NCBI GenBank assembly: GCA_963765575.1
Contig: CAVXWZ010000002.1
Coordinates: forward strand, 608,001-672,000
Direction of reading: 5' to 3'
From: an uncultured cyanobacterium
Lineage (GTDB): Bacteria; Cyanobacteriota; Cyanobacteriia; PCC-6307; Cyanobiaceae
DNA: 64,000 nt
Positions 45,080-58,124 of the stretch are shown one piece after another; position 1 is the first letter of the stretch, and each line of letters starts with the position of its first letter. The position numbers and the translations under genes are program-made. The notes beneath the pieces were generated by a model that searched no databases, had not been told where the DNA came from, and saw only the letters and a program-made list of their open reading frames with translations.

Positions 45080-46933
45080 ATGGCCCTGCTGGTTCAGAAG
45101 TTCGGCGGCACCTCGGTGGCCGACGTGGAGCGCATCCAGGCGGTGGCCAGGCGCGTCGCCCGCTGCCGGGAGGACGGCCACGAGCTGGTGGTCGTGGTCT
45201 CGGCGATGGGTCACACCACCGACCAGCTCAGCGGCCTGGCGCGGGCGATCTGCAGCGACCCGCCCCAGCGCGAGCTGGACATGCTGCTCTCCACCGGTGA
45301 GCAGGTCTCGATCGCCCTGCTGTCGATGGCCCTGCACTCCCAGGGGGTGCCGGCCGTGTCGATGACCGGCACCCAGGCCGGCATCGTCACCGAATCGGCC
45401 CACGGCCGCGCCCGCATCCTGGAGATCCGCACCGAGCGGCTGCGGCGGCTGCTCGACGACGGCCAGGTGGTGGTGGTGGCGGGCTTCCAGGGCACCAGCA
45501 GCGGCCAGGCCGGCACGCCCGAGATCACCACCCTGGGCCGGGGCGGCTCCGACACCTCGGCGGTGGCCCTGGCGGCGGCCCTGGGCGCCGAGGCCTGCGA
45601 GATCTACACCGACGTGCCGGGGGTGCTCACGACCGATCCGCGGCGGGTGGCCGACGCCCAGTTCCTGGACACGGTGACCTGCGACGAGATGCTGGAGCTG
45701 GCCAGCCTGGGGGCCGCGGTGCTGCATCCCCGCGCCGTGGAGATCGCCCGCAACTACGGCGTGCCGCTGGTGGTGCGCTCCAGCTGGAGCGAGGCCCCGG
45801 GCACCAGGCTCACCAGCGGCGCCCCCCAGCCGATCGGCAGCGGCGGGCTGGAACTGGGCAAGCCCGTGGACGGCGCCCAGCTGGAGACCCGGCAGGCCGT
45901 GGTGGCCCTCTCCCATGTGCCCGACTGCCCCGGGGTGGCCGCCCAGCTGTTTGAGGCCCTCGGCGCCGCCGACCTCAACGTCGACCTGATCGTGCAGGCC
46001 ACCCATGAGGGCGGTGCCAACGGCGGCTTCACCAACGACATTGCCTTCACCCTGCCGGAGCACCACCTCGAGCGGGCTGCCCTGGTGTGCCGGAAGGTAC
46101 TCGGCGCCCTCGGGGCCGTGCTGGAGGAGAGCCCCGCCGGCGGCGGCGCCCGCCTGCGCGGTGAAGGGGGGCTGGCCAAGCTGAGCATCTCCGGCGCCGG
46201 GATCATGGGCCGGCCTGGCGTGGCCGCCCGCCTCTTCGACACCCTGGCCCGCTGCGGCATCAACCTGCGCCTGATCGCCACCAGCGAGGTCAAGGTGAGC
46301 TGCCTGGTGGCCGGCGAGCAGGGCCAGCGCGCCCTGCGGGCCGCCGCCGAGGCCTTCGAGCTGCACGAGGACCAGCTGCAGCACAACCCCGAGCTCTGCC
46401 GCCTGGAGGCCCCGGCGGTGCGCGGGGTGGCCCTCGATCGCGACCAGGCCCAGGTGGCCGTGCGGCGGCTGCCGGACCGCCCCGGCACCGCCGCCGCTGT
46501 CTGCCGCGCCTTGGCCGATGCGGGCATCAGTCTGGATGCCATCGTGCAGTCGGAGCGCACCCACGGCGAGGGCAGCCAGCTCAGCCGCGACATGAGCTTC
46601 ACCCTGCGCCGCGATGAGCGCGTCCGGGCCGAGCAGGCCCTGGCGCCCCTGTTGCGCCAGTGGCCTGGCTCCCGATTCGAGGAGGGTCCGGCCATTGCCC
46701 GGGTCAGCGCCGTGGGGGCAGGCATGCCCTGCATCCCGGGCACGGCGGCGCGCATGTTCCGCAGCCTGGCGGAAGCGGCGATCAACATCGAGATGATCGC
46801 CACCAGCGAGATCCGCACCAGCTGTGTGGTGGCCGCCGCCGACGGCGTGCGCGCCCTGCAGACGGTTCACAGCGCCTTCGAGCTCGGCGGCGCTGTGGTG
46901 CACCGGGTCGAGGGCAGTGAGGCGCCCGCCTGA
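45080..46933 (+). CDS. lysC: Aspartate kinase (cyanobacterial type, four ACT domains)
   Basis: [32 protein letters not shown]; two ACT pairs ([15 protein letters not shown] and [15 protein letters not shown]). Confidence 0.96.
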   Translation: MALLVQKFGGTSVADVERIQAVARRVARCREDGHELVVVVSAMGHTTDQLSGLARAICSDPPQRELDMLLSTGEQVSIALLSMALHSQGVPAVSMTGTQAGIVTESAHGRARILEIRTERLRRLLDDGQVVVVAGFQGTSSGQAGTPEITTLGRGGSDTSAVALAAALGAEACEIYTDVPGVLTTDPRRVADAQFLDTVTCDEMLELASLGAAVLHPRAVEIARNYGVPLVVRSSWSEAPGTRLTSGAPQPIGSGGLELGKPVDGAQLETRQAVVALSHVPDCPGVAAQLFEALGAADLNVDLIVQATHEGGANGGFTNDIAFTLPEHHLERAALVCRKVLGALGAVLEESPAGGGARLRGEGGLAKLSISGAGIMGRPGVAARLFDTLARCGINLRLIATSEVKVSCLVAGEQGQRALRAAAEAFELHEDQLQHNPELCRLEAPAVRGVALDRDQAQVAVRRLPDRPGTAAAVCRALADAGISLDAIVQSERTHGEGSQLSRDMSFTLRRDERVRAEQALAPLLRQWPGSRFEEGPAIARVSAVGAGMPCIPGTAARMFRSLAEAAINIEMIATSEIRTSCVVAAADGVRALQTVHSAFELGGAVVHRVEGSEAPA

Positions 46934-46938
46934 TCAGC

Positions 46939-48948
<2,010 letters not shown>

Positions 48949-49032
48949 GCCCACCATTGTCGGCGACCGGGGCAACCTCCGCGGTGCGCCAGACGGCGCA
49001 ATGGCCGCCCCGAACGCCAATGGGCGGACGGA

Positions 49033-49461
49033 TCAGGCCGCCGCGGCCTGGCTCATCAGCGCCGAGACGCGGGTGAAGCCCACGTCAAGGCCGAGCATGC
49101 GCAGGATGATCGCCGACAGCACCGCGTAGACCACCCCGCCGAGCAGGGCGCTGAGCAGACCGCGCTTGAGCCGGAAGCCCTGGATCAGGGCCGCCGCCAG
49201 GCCAAACAGGATCACCGTGATCAGCCAGTTGAACAGCAGGCTCACCGGGCTGATCAGCCCCCCCAGACTGGTCACCGCCCAGACCGGCCCGAGCAGAAGC
49301 TTCAGGGGCCAGATCAGCAGGGTGCCGAGCAGGCCGATCACCGCGGCGGAGAGCAGGGCGATGGGGAAGCTGCTCACTTCCACGCCCAGGGGCAACCAGG
49401 CCACGATCAGCAGAACCAACGCGCGAATCGGCCACTGCAGCAGCCACACCAGGGAACCCAT
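49033..49461 (-). CDS. Four-TM YvlD-like membrane protein (so-called phage holin family)
   Basis: Hydrophobic 142 aa with the pattern ALLSAAVIGLLGTLLIWPLKLL…LAAALIQGFRL…SALLG; no phage genes nearby. Confidence 0.75.
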   Translation of the reverse strand: MGSLVWLLQWPIRALVLLIVAWLPLGVEVSSFPIALLSAAVIGLLGTLLIWPLKLLLGPVWAVTSLGGLISPVSLLFNWLITVILFGLAAALIQGFRLKRGLLSALLGGVVYAVLSAIILRMLGLDVGFTRVSALMSQAAAA

Positions 49462-49534
49462 GGGGGGGAGGGGAGTCAGGCGGCGTCAACCTAGACGCGG
49501 ATCCAGCCCCCGCAACCCCAGGCGCGGATGGCCG

Positions 49535-50323
49535 TTACAGGCGCGAGGCCGCAGCGGCGGCAAGCGGCAGCGTGGCTTGAAGCGTCTCGCGCAGGCCGCG
49601 CACCACGGCCACCATCGCCAGCTCGTCGTCGAGGCGGTTCACGGCCGAGCCCACACCCACACCGGCGGCGCCGGCGGCGATCGCCATCGGCACCGTGACA
49701 GCCGAGAGCCCCGACGCGCAGAGCACGGGCACCTCCAGGCCAGCGGCGGCCAGGGCCCGGGCAATGCCGTGGGTGGCGGCCAGGGTGGGGGCGGCCTTTT
49801 CGATCAGGCCCAGGCTGCCGGGGCTGCAGGGGCGGGCACTGGTGCCGCCCTCGGTCTGGATCAGGTCGGCGCCGGCGGCCACCAGCTCCAGCGCCAGCTG
49901 GTCCTGCTGATCCAACGGCAGCACGTGCGGCACGGTGACGCTCAGCACCACCTCCCCCAGCAGCGCGCGGCTGCGGCGCGTGAGCTCCAGCACCTCGGCG
50001 GCATCGAACAGCCGGCCGAGGGGATAGAAGGCGTCGTAGTTGCCGATCTCCACCAGGGCGGCGCCGGCCGCCACCGCCGCCGGGAAGAGTTCGGGATCCA
50101 CCGCCGACACGCAGATGGGCAGGCCGCTGGCGGCGGCGGCGGCACGCACCAGCTCGGGATCACAGGCGATGTCGATCAGGTCGGCGCCGCCCTGGCCAGC
50201 GGCGCGGGCGATGCGGGTCACACGGGCGGCATCAAAGTTGGTGAGCCCGGCGATCACCTTGAGCAGACGGCGCTGGGCGAGGGCGGAGCGCAGCGGAGCG
50301 GGCAGGCGATCGAGACGCGACAT
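49535..50323 (-). CDS. DUF561 / Ycf23 family TIM-barrel protein
   Basis: LKVIAGLTNFD, PICVSAV, EIGNYDAFY, LSVTVPH, IQTEGG, GVGVGSAVNRL. Confidence 0.88.
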   Translation of the reverse strand: MSRLDRLPAPLRSALAQRRLLKVIAGLTNFDAARVTRIARAAGQGGADLIDIACDPELVRAAAAASGLPICVSAVDPELFPAAVAAGAALVEIGNYDAFYPLGRLFDAAEVLELTRRSRALLGEVVLSVTVPHVLPLDQQDQLALELVAAGADLIQTEGGTSARPCSPGSLGLIEKAAPTLAATHGIARALAAAGLEVPVLCASGLSAVTVPMAIAAGAAGVGVGSAVNRLDDELAMVAVVRGLRETLQATLPLAAAAASRL

Positions 50324-50345
50324 GCCGGGGGAAGCACAGTGGAGG

Positions 50346-51383
50346 GTGATTCTCCCACCCCAAGCCACGGCCTCCTGGAGCGGCGACCACCACCGCCTGC
50401 ATCGCCTGCTGCGGCGCCACCCCGCTCTGCTGCCGGCCGGTGCCCCCCTGCTGCTGGCGGTGTCAGGCGGGCAAGACTCCATGGCCCTGCTGGGGCTGCT
50501 GCTGGATCTGCGGGCCCGCCACGGTTGGCGGCTGACCCTCTGGCACGGCGATCACCGCTGGCGGCCCGAGGCGGCGGCCCAGGCCACCGAGCTGCTGGGC
50601 TGGGCGCAGCAGCGGGGCCTGCCGGCACTGCTGGACCGCTGGCAGCGACCACCCGAGCAGCGGCCCACGGAGGCCGCGGCACGGCACTGGCGCTACGAAC
50701 AGCTGGCCCAGCGGGCCCGGGAGCTGGACTGCACCCGCGTGCTCACCGGCCACACCGCCAGTGACCGGGCCGAGACGCTGCTGCTCAACCTGGCTCGGGG
50801 CAGCCACCGCCGCGGCCTGGCCAGCCTGAGGCTGCGGCGGCCCCTGCAGGGCCCCATCGAGCTGGTGCGGCCGCTGCTGGAGTTCGACCGGCGCGACACG
50901 GGGCGGATCTGCCAGGCGCTGCAGCTGCCGCTCTGGGTCGATGCCAGCAACGCCGACGGGCGCTTCAGCCGCAACCGCCTGCGCCTGGAGGTGGGGCCGG
51001 CGCTCGATGCCCTGCACCCGGGCGCCGATCGGCGCATCGCCCGGGTGGCCGAACAGCTGGCCCAGGCAGAGGACGCCGCCGCAGAACTGCTGCAGCTGGC
51101 CCTGCAACCCCTGCTGACGCCGGCAGCGGCGGGCGCGACCGGCATGGCGCTGCTACGCCGGCCCCTGGCGGAGCTGCAGCGCTGCAATCAGGCCCAGCTG
51201 CTGCAGCACTGGCTGGAGCAGATCAGCGGCCGGCGCTGGCCGGCCCGCAGCCTGGACGCGCTGCTCGACCGGCTGTCGCCCGAACTCGGGCCGGGCCGCG
51301 CCGAGCTCGGCGATGGATGGCAGCTGCGCTGGCAGGGACCCACACTGTGGCTCTGCCGAGCTCCCACCCCCGCAGAGCCATGA
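50346..51383 (+). CDS. tilS: tRNA(Ile)-lysidine synthetase
   Basis: AVSGGQDSMAL PP-loop, EAAARHWRY, TGHTASDRAET, RPLL, DASN…FSRNRLR. Confidence 0.94.
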   Translation: MILPPQATASWSGDHHRLHRLLRRHPALLPAGAPLLLAVSGGQDSMALLGLLLDLRARHGWRLTLWHGDHRWRPEAAAQATELLGWAQQRGLPALLDRWQRPPEQRPTEAAARHWRYEQLAQRARELDCTRVLTGHTASDRAETLLLNLARGSHRRGLASLRLRRPLQGPIELVRPLLEFDRRDTGRICQALQLPLWVDASNADGRFSRNRLRLEVGPALDALHPGADRRIARVAEQLAQAEDAAAELLQLALQPLLTPAAAGATGMALLRRPLAELQRCNQAQLLQHWLEQISGRRWPARSLDALLDRLSPELGPGRAELGDGWQLRWQGPTLWLCRAPTPAEP

Positions 51384-52000
51384 GCCTCACACCCGAGATC
51401 CTGCAGCAGCGCTACGCCACCATCGAACGCCTGTACAGCGAGCGGCAGTGGCCCCAGGTGGAGGCCCTCAGCGAAGCGCTGCTGCGCGAGCTGCCGTCCG
51501 GATCGGACGACCCGGTGCGGCTGCGGCTGCAGCTGCTGCTGGGCCACACGCGCCTCTACGGCATGGGCGCGGTGGTGGATGCCCGCAACCACTACCAGAG
51601 CGTGCTGGACCACTGCAGCGAAACCACCCTGCGCGAGATCGCCCAGCAGGGCCTGCAGCAGTGCCGGCAGGTGGAGGAGGGCCGGGGCCTGCAGGACATC
51701 GCTGAACCGGCAGCCATCACCGGGGCGGCAGCTGTGGCCGGCGGAGCTGCGGCCATGCCCTGGATGGACGAGCTGGAGGTGGACGTGGTGGAGGAGCCGG
51801 AGCAACTGGAGGTGGCTCAGGCCAATCCCGGGCGCGCCCAGGACCTGGAACTGGAGGATGTGGCTGTGCTGAACGCTGCCAGCGCAAGCGGGCGACCCGC
51901 CCGTCGCCAGATCGATCGTCTCGCCTTCGACCCCACCCGCCTCAGCGCCCGGGAGCTGGAGGAGCTCAGCCGGGGACTGCTGCGGGTGAGGCTGACCTGA
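51380..52000 (+). CDS. Hypothetical protein with TPR-like N-terminus
   Basis: ATGA-coupled to tilS; helical N-terminus (LLLGHTRLYG…ARNHYQSVL) and C-terminus ELEELSRGLLRVRL. Confidence 0.7.
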   Translation: MSLTPEILQQRYATIERLYSERQWPQVEALSEALLRELPSGSDDPVRLRLQLLLGHTRLYGMGAVVDARNHYQSVLDHCSETTLREIAQQGLQQCRQVEEGRGLQDIAEPAAITGAAAVAGGAAAMPWMDELEVDVVEEPEQLEVAQANPGRAQDLELEDVAVLNAASASGRPARRQIDRLAFDPTRLSARELEELSRGLLRVRLT

Positions 52001-52016
52001 GGCCCGACGGCCTCAG
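51997..52016. terminator. Perfect 8-bp hairpin between convergent genes
   Basis: CTGAGGCC-CGAC-GGCCTCAG; no U-tract. Confidence 0.45.
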
Positions 52017-52025
52017 CGGGCGCCC

Positions 52026-54044
52026 TCAGCTGGCGCCGGCGGCTGAGCGACGCCGGCGGGTGCGGCCGGCGAATTCCGGCTCCTGAACGGGCGCCGGGGC
52101 ACTGCTGGCGACGGGAGCTGCCGGAGCGGCAGCCGCAGCACCGACGGTCGCCAGCTGGCGCTCCGGCTGGGGCCGGGGGGCGCGATCCTGACGGGCGGTG
52201 GGCCGCTCCGCGGGACGATCGGAACGGGTTGGGCGACCAGCGTCGCGACCGCCCCGACCCCGCGGAGCCGGGCGGGAGTCGGGTTCGGCGTCGGCCCGGC
52301 CCTTGTACACCGGGGTGCCGGCGGGGGCGGGCTGCACCAGGCAGAGGATCAGCGGCTCCACCTGCAGCTCCCGGCGCAGGCGGCGCTGCAGGCCGAGTTC
52401 CACCTCGCGCTGCACGCCCACCCAGTCCACATCGGGAGCCTGGCCGTCACTGGTGCGGCAGAGCTGCTTCCAGCGGTTCTCCAGCACCCAGGTGATCTCC
52501 CGCTCGGCCCAGAGGCTGAGCTTGCGGGGGTCGGCACTGGTCACCACCCCGCGCAGGGTCACCCGCGGCGGTGCCGCCATCGCGCCATCGGTGCTGATCG
52601 CCGCCAGCAGGGTGATCACGCCGTCCTCAGCCAGTTGCTGGCGCTCCTTCAGCACGCGCCCATCGACGATGCCGTTGCGGGAGGCATCAAGCAGTTCGAT
52701 ACCGGCCTTCACCGGCTCGCCGCGGCGGATCGAATCCGGGGTGAGCTCCACCACGTCACCGTTATCGATGATCAGCATGTTGTCGGCCGGCACGCCCATC
52801 GACTGGGCCGTGCGGCTGTGGCACACGAGCATGCGGTGCTCACCGTGCACCGGCACAAAGAACTTCGGCTTGGCGAGGGCAAGCATCAGCTTGTGGTCCT
52901 CCTGGAAGCCGTGGCCCGAGACGTGGATGCCCTCACCCTTGCCATAGACAACCTTGGCGCCCAGCATCATCAGGCGGTCGATGGTGTTGACCACCGAGAT
53001 GGTGTTGCCGGGAATGGGGTTGGCGGAAAAGATGATGGTGTCGCTGGACTTGACCTGCACCTGGGGGTGGTCACCGCGGGAGATGCGGCTCAGGGCTGCC
53101 AGCGGCTCACCCTGACTGCCGGTCATCAGCAGCAGGGTTTCACGATCCGGCAGGTCGCGGATCTGCTTGATCGGCACGAACAGATCGTCGGGGGCACGCA
53201 TGTAGCCAAGCTCCCGGGCCTTGGCAATCACGTTGAGCATCGAACGGCCCAGCAGACCCACCTTGCGGCCGTTCTTGATGGCCAGCTCCAGGATCATCGA
53301 CACCCGGTGAATCGAGCTGGCAAAGGTGGTGATGATCACCCGGCCCTGGGCCTGGGAGATTTGCCGGTCCAGGTTGGGGAACACCGAACGCTCGGACGGG
53401 CAGAAGCCCGGAACCTCCGCATTGGTGGAATCGCTGAACAGGCACAGCACCCCCTGTTCGCCGTAGTGGGCCAGGCGCGCCATGTCAAAGGTCTCGCCAT
53501 CAACCGGCGTATGGTCAAACTTGAAGTCACCGGTGAAGATCACCGTGCCCACCGGGGTGGTGATGGCCAGCGAGAAGCTGTCCGCCATCGAGTGGGTGTT
53601 GCGGATGAATTCCACCGAGAAGTGCTGGCCCACCTTCACCACGTCTCGTGGCGCCACGGTCTTGAGGATGGTGCGGTCCATCACACCGGCCTCCTCCATC
53701 TTGCCGGTGAGCAGGGACAGGGCCAGACGCGGCCCATGGATCACGGGAATGTTGAAGTTCTTGAGGTGGTGGGCAATACCACCGATGTGGTCTTCGTGAC
53801 CGTGGGTCACGATCATGCCGCGGATGCGCTTCTGGTTCTCTTTCAGATAGCTGGTATCCGGCATGACAACGTTGACACCGTGCATGCCATCGCTGGGGAA
53901 GGACAGGCCGGCATCCACCAGCATGATGTCGTCGCCGTACTCAAAAACGCAGGTGTTCTTGCCGATCTCGTGCAGGCCGCCGAGGGGAATCACCCGCAGG
54001 GCCGGCTGCTTGGAACCTTGATTGCTGCCGTTGGAACTGGACAT
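52026..54044 (-). CDS. rnj: Ribonuclease J
   Basis: IPLGGLHEIGKN, THGHEDHIGG, HSMAD, TGDFKFD, GSQGEP, HVSGHG, PVHGE. Confidence 0.97.
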   Translation of the reverse strand: MSSSNGSNQGSKQPALRVIPLGGLHEIGKNTCVFEYGDDIMLVDAGLSFPSDGMHGVNVVMPDTSYLKENQKRIRGMIVTHGHEDHIGGIAHHLKNFNIPVIHGPRLALSLLTGKMEEAGVMDRTILKTVAPRDVVKVGQHFSVEFIRNTHSMADSFSLAITTPVGTVIFTGDFKFDHTPVDGETFDMARLAHYGEQGVLCLFSDSTNAEVPGFCPSERSVFPNLDRQISQAQGRVIITTFASSIHRVSMILELAIKNGRKVGLLGRSMLNVIAKARELGYMRAPDDLFVPIKQIRDLPDRETLLLMTGSQGEPLAALSRISRGDHPQVQVKSSDTIIFSANPIPGNTISVVNTIDRLMMLGAKVVYGKGEGIHVSGHGFQEDHKLMLALAKPKFFVPVHGEHRMLVCHSRTAQSMGVPADNMLIIDNGDVVELTPDSIRRGEPVKAGIELLDASRNGIVDGRVLKERQQLAEDGVITLLAAISTDGAMAAPPRVTLRGVVTSADPRKLSLWAEREITWVLENRWKQLCRTSDGQAPDVDWVGVQREVELGLQRRLRRELQVEPLILCLVQPAPAGTPVYKGRADAEPDSRPAPRGRGGRDAGRPTRSDRPAERPTARQDRAPRPQPERQLATVGAAAAAPAAPVASSAPAPVQEPEFAGRTRRRRSAAGAS

Positions 54045-54129
54045 GTAGGAATGGCTTGAAAAGGATTGGTTGAAAAGGCTCCGATGCGCTGTCTCGATGA
54101 CAGGCCCTGAGCGGGGATCAGCCTTGGCG

Positions 54130-55020
54130 TCAGGTGGGACGCAGGGCGGCCAGGGTTTCGGAAAGGCGTTGTCTCACGGTGTCATCAGCGGGGAGAAGGG
54201 GAAGTCTTGGGGCACCCACGGGCCAGCCGCTCAGCTCCAGCGCGGCCTTGACGGGGATCGGGTTGGTGGTGCAGAACAGCGCCTTGCAGAGGGGGAGCAG
54301 CTGTTCGTGCAGACGCAGCGCCGTGGCCAGGTCACCGGCGAAGAAGGCCTGCACCATCGCACTGATGCGCTCACCGGCCAGGTGACTGGCCACGCTCACC
54401 ACACCCACGGCACCCACGGCGAGCATGGGCAGGGTGAGGGCGTCGTCACCGGAATAGATGGCCAGGCGATCGCCACACACGCTGCGCAGGGCGCTCACCT
54501 CTTCGGTGCTGCCGCTGGCGGCCTTGAAACTCACCACGTTGGGAAGGTCCAGCAGCCGGGACACGGTGGCGGGGGCCAGGCTGGTGCCGGTGCGGCCGGG
54601 AATGTTGTAGAGCATCAGCGGCAGCTCCAGCGCCGCCTCGGCGACCGCCCGGAAATGGGCTTCAAGCCCGTCCTGCGGCGGTTTGTTGTAGTAGGGCACC
54701 ACCACCAGGGCCCCGTCAGCGCCAAGAGCGGCGGCCTGGCGGGTGGCCTCCACCGCCTCGGCCGTGCAGTTGCTGCCGCAGCCGGCCAGCACGGTGGCCC
54801 GGTCGCCCACGGCGTCGCGCACGGCAGCGAACAGGCGGTGCTCCTCGTCCCAGCTCAGGGTGGGTGACTCACCGGTGGTGCCGCAGAGCACCAGCCCGTC
54901 GGAGCCGTGGCAGACCAGATGATCGGCGAGGCGTGCCGCCAGCTCCAGATCAAGGCCACCGCCAGCCCCGAAGGGGGTGACCATGGCGGTGAGCACCCGG
55001 CCGAAGGGAGCGCGACTCAA
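54130..55020 (-). CDS. dapA: 4-hydroxy-tetrahydrodipicolinate synthase
   Basis: [53 protein letters not shown] start overlaps the asd stop. Confidence 0.96.
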   Translation of the reverse strand: MSRAPFGRVLTAMVTPFGAGGGLDLELAARLADHLVCHGSDGLVLCGTTGESPTLSWDEEHRLFAAVRDAVGDRATVLAGCGSNCTAEAVEATRQAAALGADGALVVVPYYNKPPQDGLEAHFRAVAEAALELPLMLYNIPGRTGTSLAPATVSRLLDLPNVVSFKAASGSTEEVSALRSVCGDRLAIYSGDDALTLPMLAVGAVGVVSVASHLAGERISAMVQAFFAGDLATALRLHEQLLPLCKALFCTTNPIPVKAALELSGWPVGAPRLPLLPADDTVRQRLSETLAALRPT

Positions 55021-56093
55021 ACGGCACCTCCCCCGCCAGCCGCGGGGCTCTGCAGCAGCTCGGCGATCTGCACGGCGTTGAGGGCCGCCCCCTTGCGGAT
55101 CTGGTCCCCGCAGAGCCACAGCTCCAGGGCATGGGGGTCGCTGAGGTCCTGGCGGATCCGGCCCACGGCCACCGGATCCCGGCCGGTGACATCGGTGGGC
55201 ATGGGGAAGCGGTTGTGCTCGAAATTCTCCAGCAGCTCCACCCCGGCGGCGGTGGACAGCAGCTCGCGGGCCTCATCCACGGGGAAGGGCTCGTGGAACT
55301 CGATGTTGACGGCCTCGGAATGGGCCCGCAGCACCGGCACGCGCACGCAGGTGGCGGTGAGGCGCAGATCGGGGATGCCCATGATCTTGCGCGTCTCGTT
55401 GAGCATCTTCAGCTCCTCTTCGCAGTAGCCGTTGGGCTGGAGGGGGGAGTTGTGCAGAAACAGGTTGAAGGCCAGCGAGTGGGGCAGCACCTCGCTGCGG
55501 GCCTCGCCCCCATCCAGCACGGTGCGGCTGAGCTGGCGCAGCTCCTCCATGGCCCGCGCCCCGGCGCCGCTGGCGCTCTGGTAGGTGCTCACCACCACGC
55601 GCCGGATCGGCCGCCGCCGATGCAGGGGGGCCAGGGCCAGGGTGAGCAGGATCGTGGTGCAGTTGGGATTGGCGATCACGCCGCGGTGCTCGAAAGCCGC
55701 CTCGGGATTCACCTCCGGCACCACCAGCGGCACCCCGGGATCCATGCGGAAGGCGCTGGAGTTGTCGATCACCACGGCACCGGCCGCCATCGCCGCCGGC
55801 GCCCACTGCCGCGAGGCCGCGCCTCCGGCGGAGGCCAGCACCAGGTCCACCCCTTCAAAAGCCTCGGCGCTGACCGCGGTGATCGGCAGCTCCTGCTGCT
55901 GCCAGCGCAGGCTGCGACCGGCGGAGCGGGGCGACGCCAGGGGCCGCAGCTCCGCCACCGGGAAGCGGCGCTCATCGAGGAGCTGCAGCAGCTCCTGTCC
56001 CACCGCACCGGTGGCGCCGAGAATGGCCACCCGCAGCGGGCGGCGGGGCAGGGTGGTGGGAGCGGACGAGGGGGCGGTGGTGGCGCTGATCAA
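55017..56093 (-). CDS. asd: Aspartate-semialdehyde dehydrogenase
   Basis: [58 protein letters not shown] start assumed. Confidence 0.96.
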   Translation of the reverse strand: MISATTAPSSAPTTLPRRPLRVAILGATGAVGQELLQLLDERRFPVAELRPLASPRSAGRSLRWQQQELPITAVSAEAFEGVDLVLASAGGAASRQWAPAAMAAGAVVIDNSSAFRMDPGVPLVVPEVNPEAAFEHRGVIANPNCTTILLTLALAPLHRRRPIRRVVVSTYQSASGAGARAMEELRQLSRTVLDGGEARSEVLPHSLAFNLFLHNSPLQPNGYCEEELKMLNETRKIMGIPDLRLTATCVRVPVLRAHSEAVNIEFHEPFPVDEARELLSTAAGVELLENFEHNRFPMPTDVTGRDPVAVGRIRQDLSDPHALELWLCGDQIRKGAALNAVQIAELLQSPAAGGGGAV

Positions 56094-56603
56094 TGGAGCT
56101 GGGTGAATTGGGGTATGGCCGGATCGGACTGGGTGGCTCAGGGCTGGCATCTGCCGGAGCCTCTGGTGGCGGCAACGCTGCGCGGCAGCGGGACCTCAAG
56201 GGCAGGAGCGCGGTGATCTGGAGCGCGTTGGACTGATGGTGGTCAGATGTTGTGGTGTCGGGGCGTCGGGGTCGCTCAGGTCTGGCGAAGTCTGGGTAGC
56301 GGCTGCGGTGCCACAGGTGGCGGCCGCAACGGGTGGCAGCAGCGGGTGGCAGCAGCGGGATGCAGATCCGGTGAATGGAACCGGTCCGTGGGAACCGGTG
56401 TGACATCAGTTGATTCGGAGTCTGGAGACTGCGGCGGACGAGATCCAGGACGGATCAGTCGAGGACAGATGGGATCTCAAAGCAGGGTCACGGACTGGGT
56501 CCGAGACAATGAGAAAGGAGGGCCTGGAGAGCGTTGGGGCTGAGAGGAATGGCGGCTGAGACGGGCTGTGAAACCGGCTCCACCACGTGTTTGCTATGGC
56601 TGC

Positions 56604-56645
56604 ACAATACCGCTCCTGGGAAGGGGCCGGCCTCTTTCTTAGGAT
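56604..56645. promoter_or_regulatory. Putative divergent promoters for the asd operon (-10 TATTGT, minus) and tig (-10 TAGGAT, plus)
   Basis: ACAATA at 56604-56609 and TAGGAT at 56640-56645 match TAnnnT; a near-palindrome AAGGGGCCGGCCTCTT lies between them. Confidence 0.45.
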
Positions 56646-56666
56646 CAGTGGCTGCGTTTCCCTGCC

Positions 56667-58082
56667 ATGAGTCCCGCCGCCAAAGCCTCCCCATCGGATC
56701 CGGCCACCAGCGGGGCACCGACCCTGCAGGTGACCTCCAGCCCCCGCCCCGGTAGCCGGGTGGCGCTGGAGGTGGCCATCCCCGGCACTCGCAGCCGGGC
56801 CAGCTACGAGGCGGCCGTGGCCAAACTCAGCCGCAGCATCAAGCTGCCGGGATTCCGGCAGGGCAAGGTGCCGCGGCCGGTGCTGCTGCAGCAGATCGGC
56901 CCCCAGCGCATCCGTGCCACCGCCCTCGAAGACCTGGTGGACGCCGCCTTCCGGGACGCCCTGGACATCGAGAAGGTGGCCGCCATTGGGCGTCCGGAAC
57001 TCAGCGAGGGCTTCGAGCTGGTGCTGGAGCGCTTTGAGCCCGGCAGCGATCTGACGATCACCCTGGAGCTGGATGTGCAGCCCACACCCACCCTGCGGCA
57101 GACCCGGGGGCTGACGGCGGAAGCGGAGGAGATCTCCTACGACCCGGCCCGGGTGGACGAGCTGATCGAGCAGTCCCGGCGGCAGCTGGCCACCCTGGTG
57201 CCGGTGGAGGACCGACCAGCCGAGAGCGGCGATGTGGCCGTGCTGAGCTTCCGCGGGGTGTTCGTCGACAGCGGCGAGGAGATTGAGGGCGGCAGCAGCG
57301 ACGCCAGCGAGGTGGAGCTGGAGGAGGGGCGCATGATCCCCGGCTTCGTGGAGGGGGTGATCGGCATGGCCGTGGGCGACACCCGAACCATCGAGTGTCA
57401 GTTTCCCGAGAGCTATCCCCAGGAGGATGCCGCCGGCCGCGGCGCCCGTTTCGAGATCACCCTCAAGGACCTCAAAACCCGCGAGCTGCCACCCCTCGAC
57501 GATGCCTTCGCCCAGCAGGCCAGCGACAAGCAGACCCTGGCCGAGCTGCGGGAGGACCTTGAAGTCCGGCTCAAGGAGGACAGCGACCGGCGCGCCGCCG
57601 CCGCCCGCCACGACGCCCTGATCCAATCCCTGGTGGAGCAACTGGAGGTGGAACTTCCCGAAACCCTCGTCCAGCAGGAAGTGCGCACGCTGATTGAGCA
57701 GACCGCCGGCCAGATCGCCCAGCAGGGCATGGACGTGAAGAAGCTGTTCACCCCTGATCTGGTGCGCTCCCTGATGGACAGCTCGCGGCCGGAGGCCGAA
57801 CAGCGCCTGCGCCGCAGCCTGGCCCTGCAGGCCCTGGCGGCCGCCGAGGCGATCGAGGTGGCCGCCGAGGAGCTGGAGGCCAAGGTGACCGAGGTGCGCC
57901 GCAGTCTCAACCAGGAGCAGGGGCCGGTGGATCCGGAGCGCCTGCGCGGGGTGGTGGCCGACGATCTGCTGCGCGAGAAGCTGCTCGCCTGGCTGGAGGA
58001 GAACAGCACCGTCAGCGCCAAAGCCAAGGCCGATGGGCCGCCCGAGGAGGGCCTGGCAAGCGAGGGGGAGGCTGCGACCTGA
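56667..58082 (+). CDS. tig: Trigger factor
   Basis: [10 protein letters not shown] ribosome-binding motif, FKBP domain [12 protein letters not shown]…[14 protein letters not shown]. Confidence 0.97.
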   Translation: MSPAAKASPSDPATSGAPTLQVTSSPRPGSRVALEVAIPGTRSRASYEAAVAKLSRSIKLPGFRQGKVPRPVLLQQIGPQRIRATALEDLVDAAFRDALDIEKVAAIGRPELSEGFELVLERFEPGSDLTITLELDVQPTPTLRQTRGLTAEAEEISYDPARVDELIEQSRRQLATLVPVEDRPAESGDVAVLSFRGVFVDSGEEIEGGSSDASEVELEEGRMIPGFVEGVIGMAVGDTRTIECQFPESYPQEDAAGRGARFEITLKDLKTRELPPLDDAFAQQASDKQTLAELREDLEVRLKEDSDRRAAAARHDALIQSLVEQLEVELPETLVQQEVRTLIEQTAGQIAQQGMDVKKLFTPDLVRSLMDSSRPEAEQRLRRSLALQALAAAEAIEVAAEELEAKVTEVRRSLNQEQGPVDPERLRGVVADDLLREKLLAWLEENSTVSAKAKADGPPEEGLASEGEAAT

Positions 58083-58124
58083 GCCCTCTCCCCATAGATT
58101 GACAGACCCTGCCCAACGCCTCGC

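Noticed and set aside
40271..46903. 2210-aa minus-strand ORF
   Set aside because: Antisense shadow of mutS, holA and lysC; a typical stop-poor frame in high-GC DNA with no recognisable domain.
49033..49461. Prophage signal from the holin-family annotation
   Set aside because: A YvlD-like membrane protein in core context with no endolysin or phage genes.
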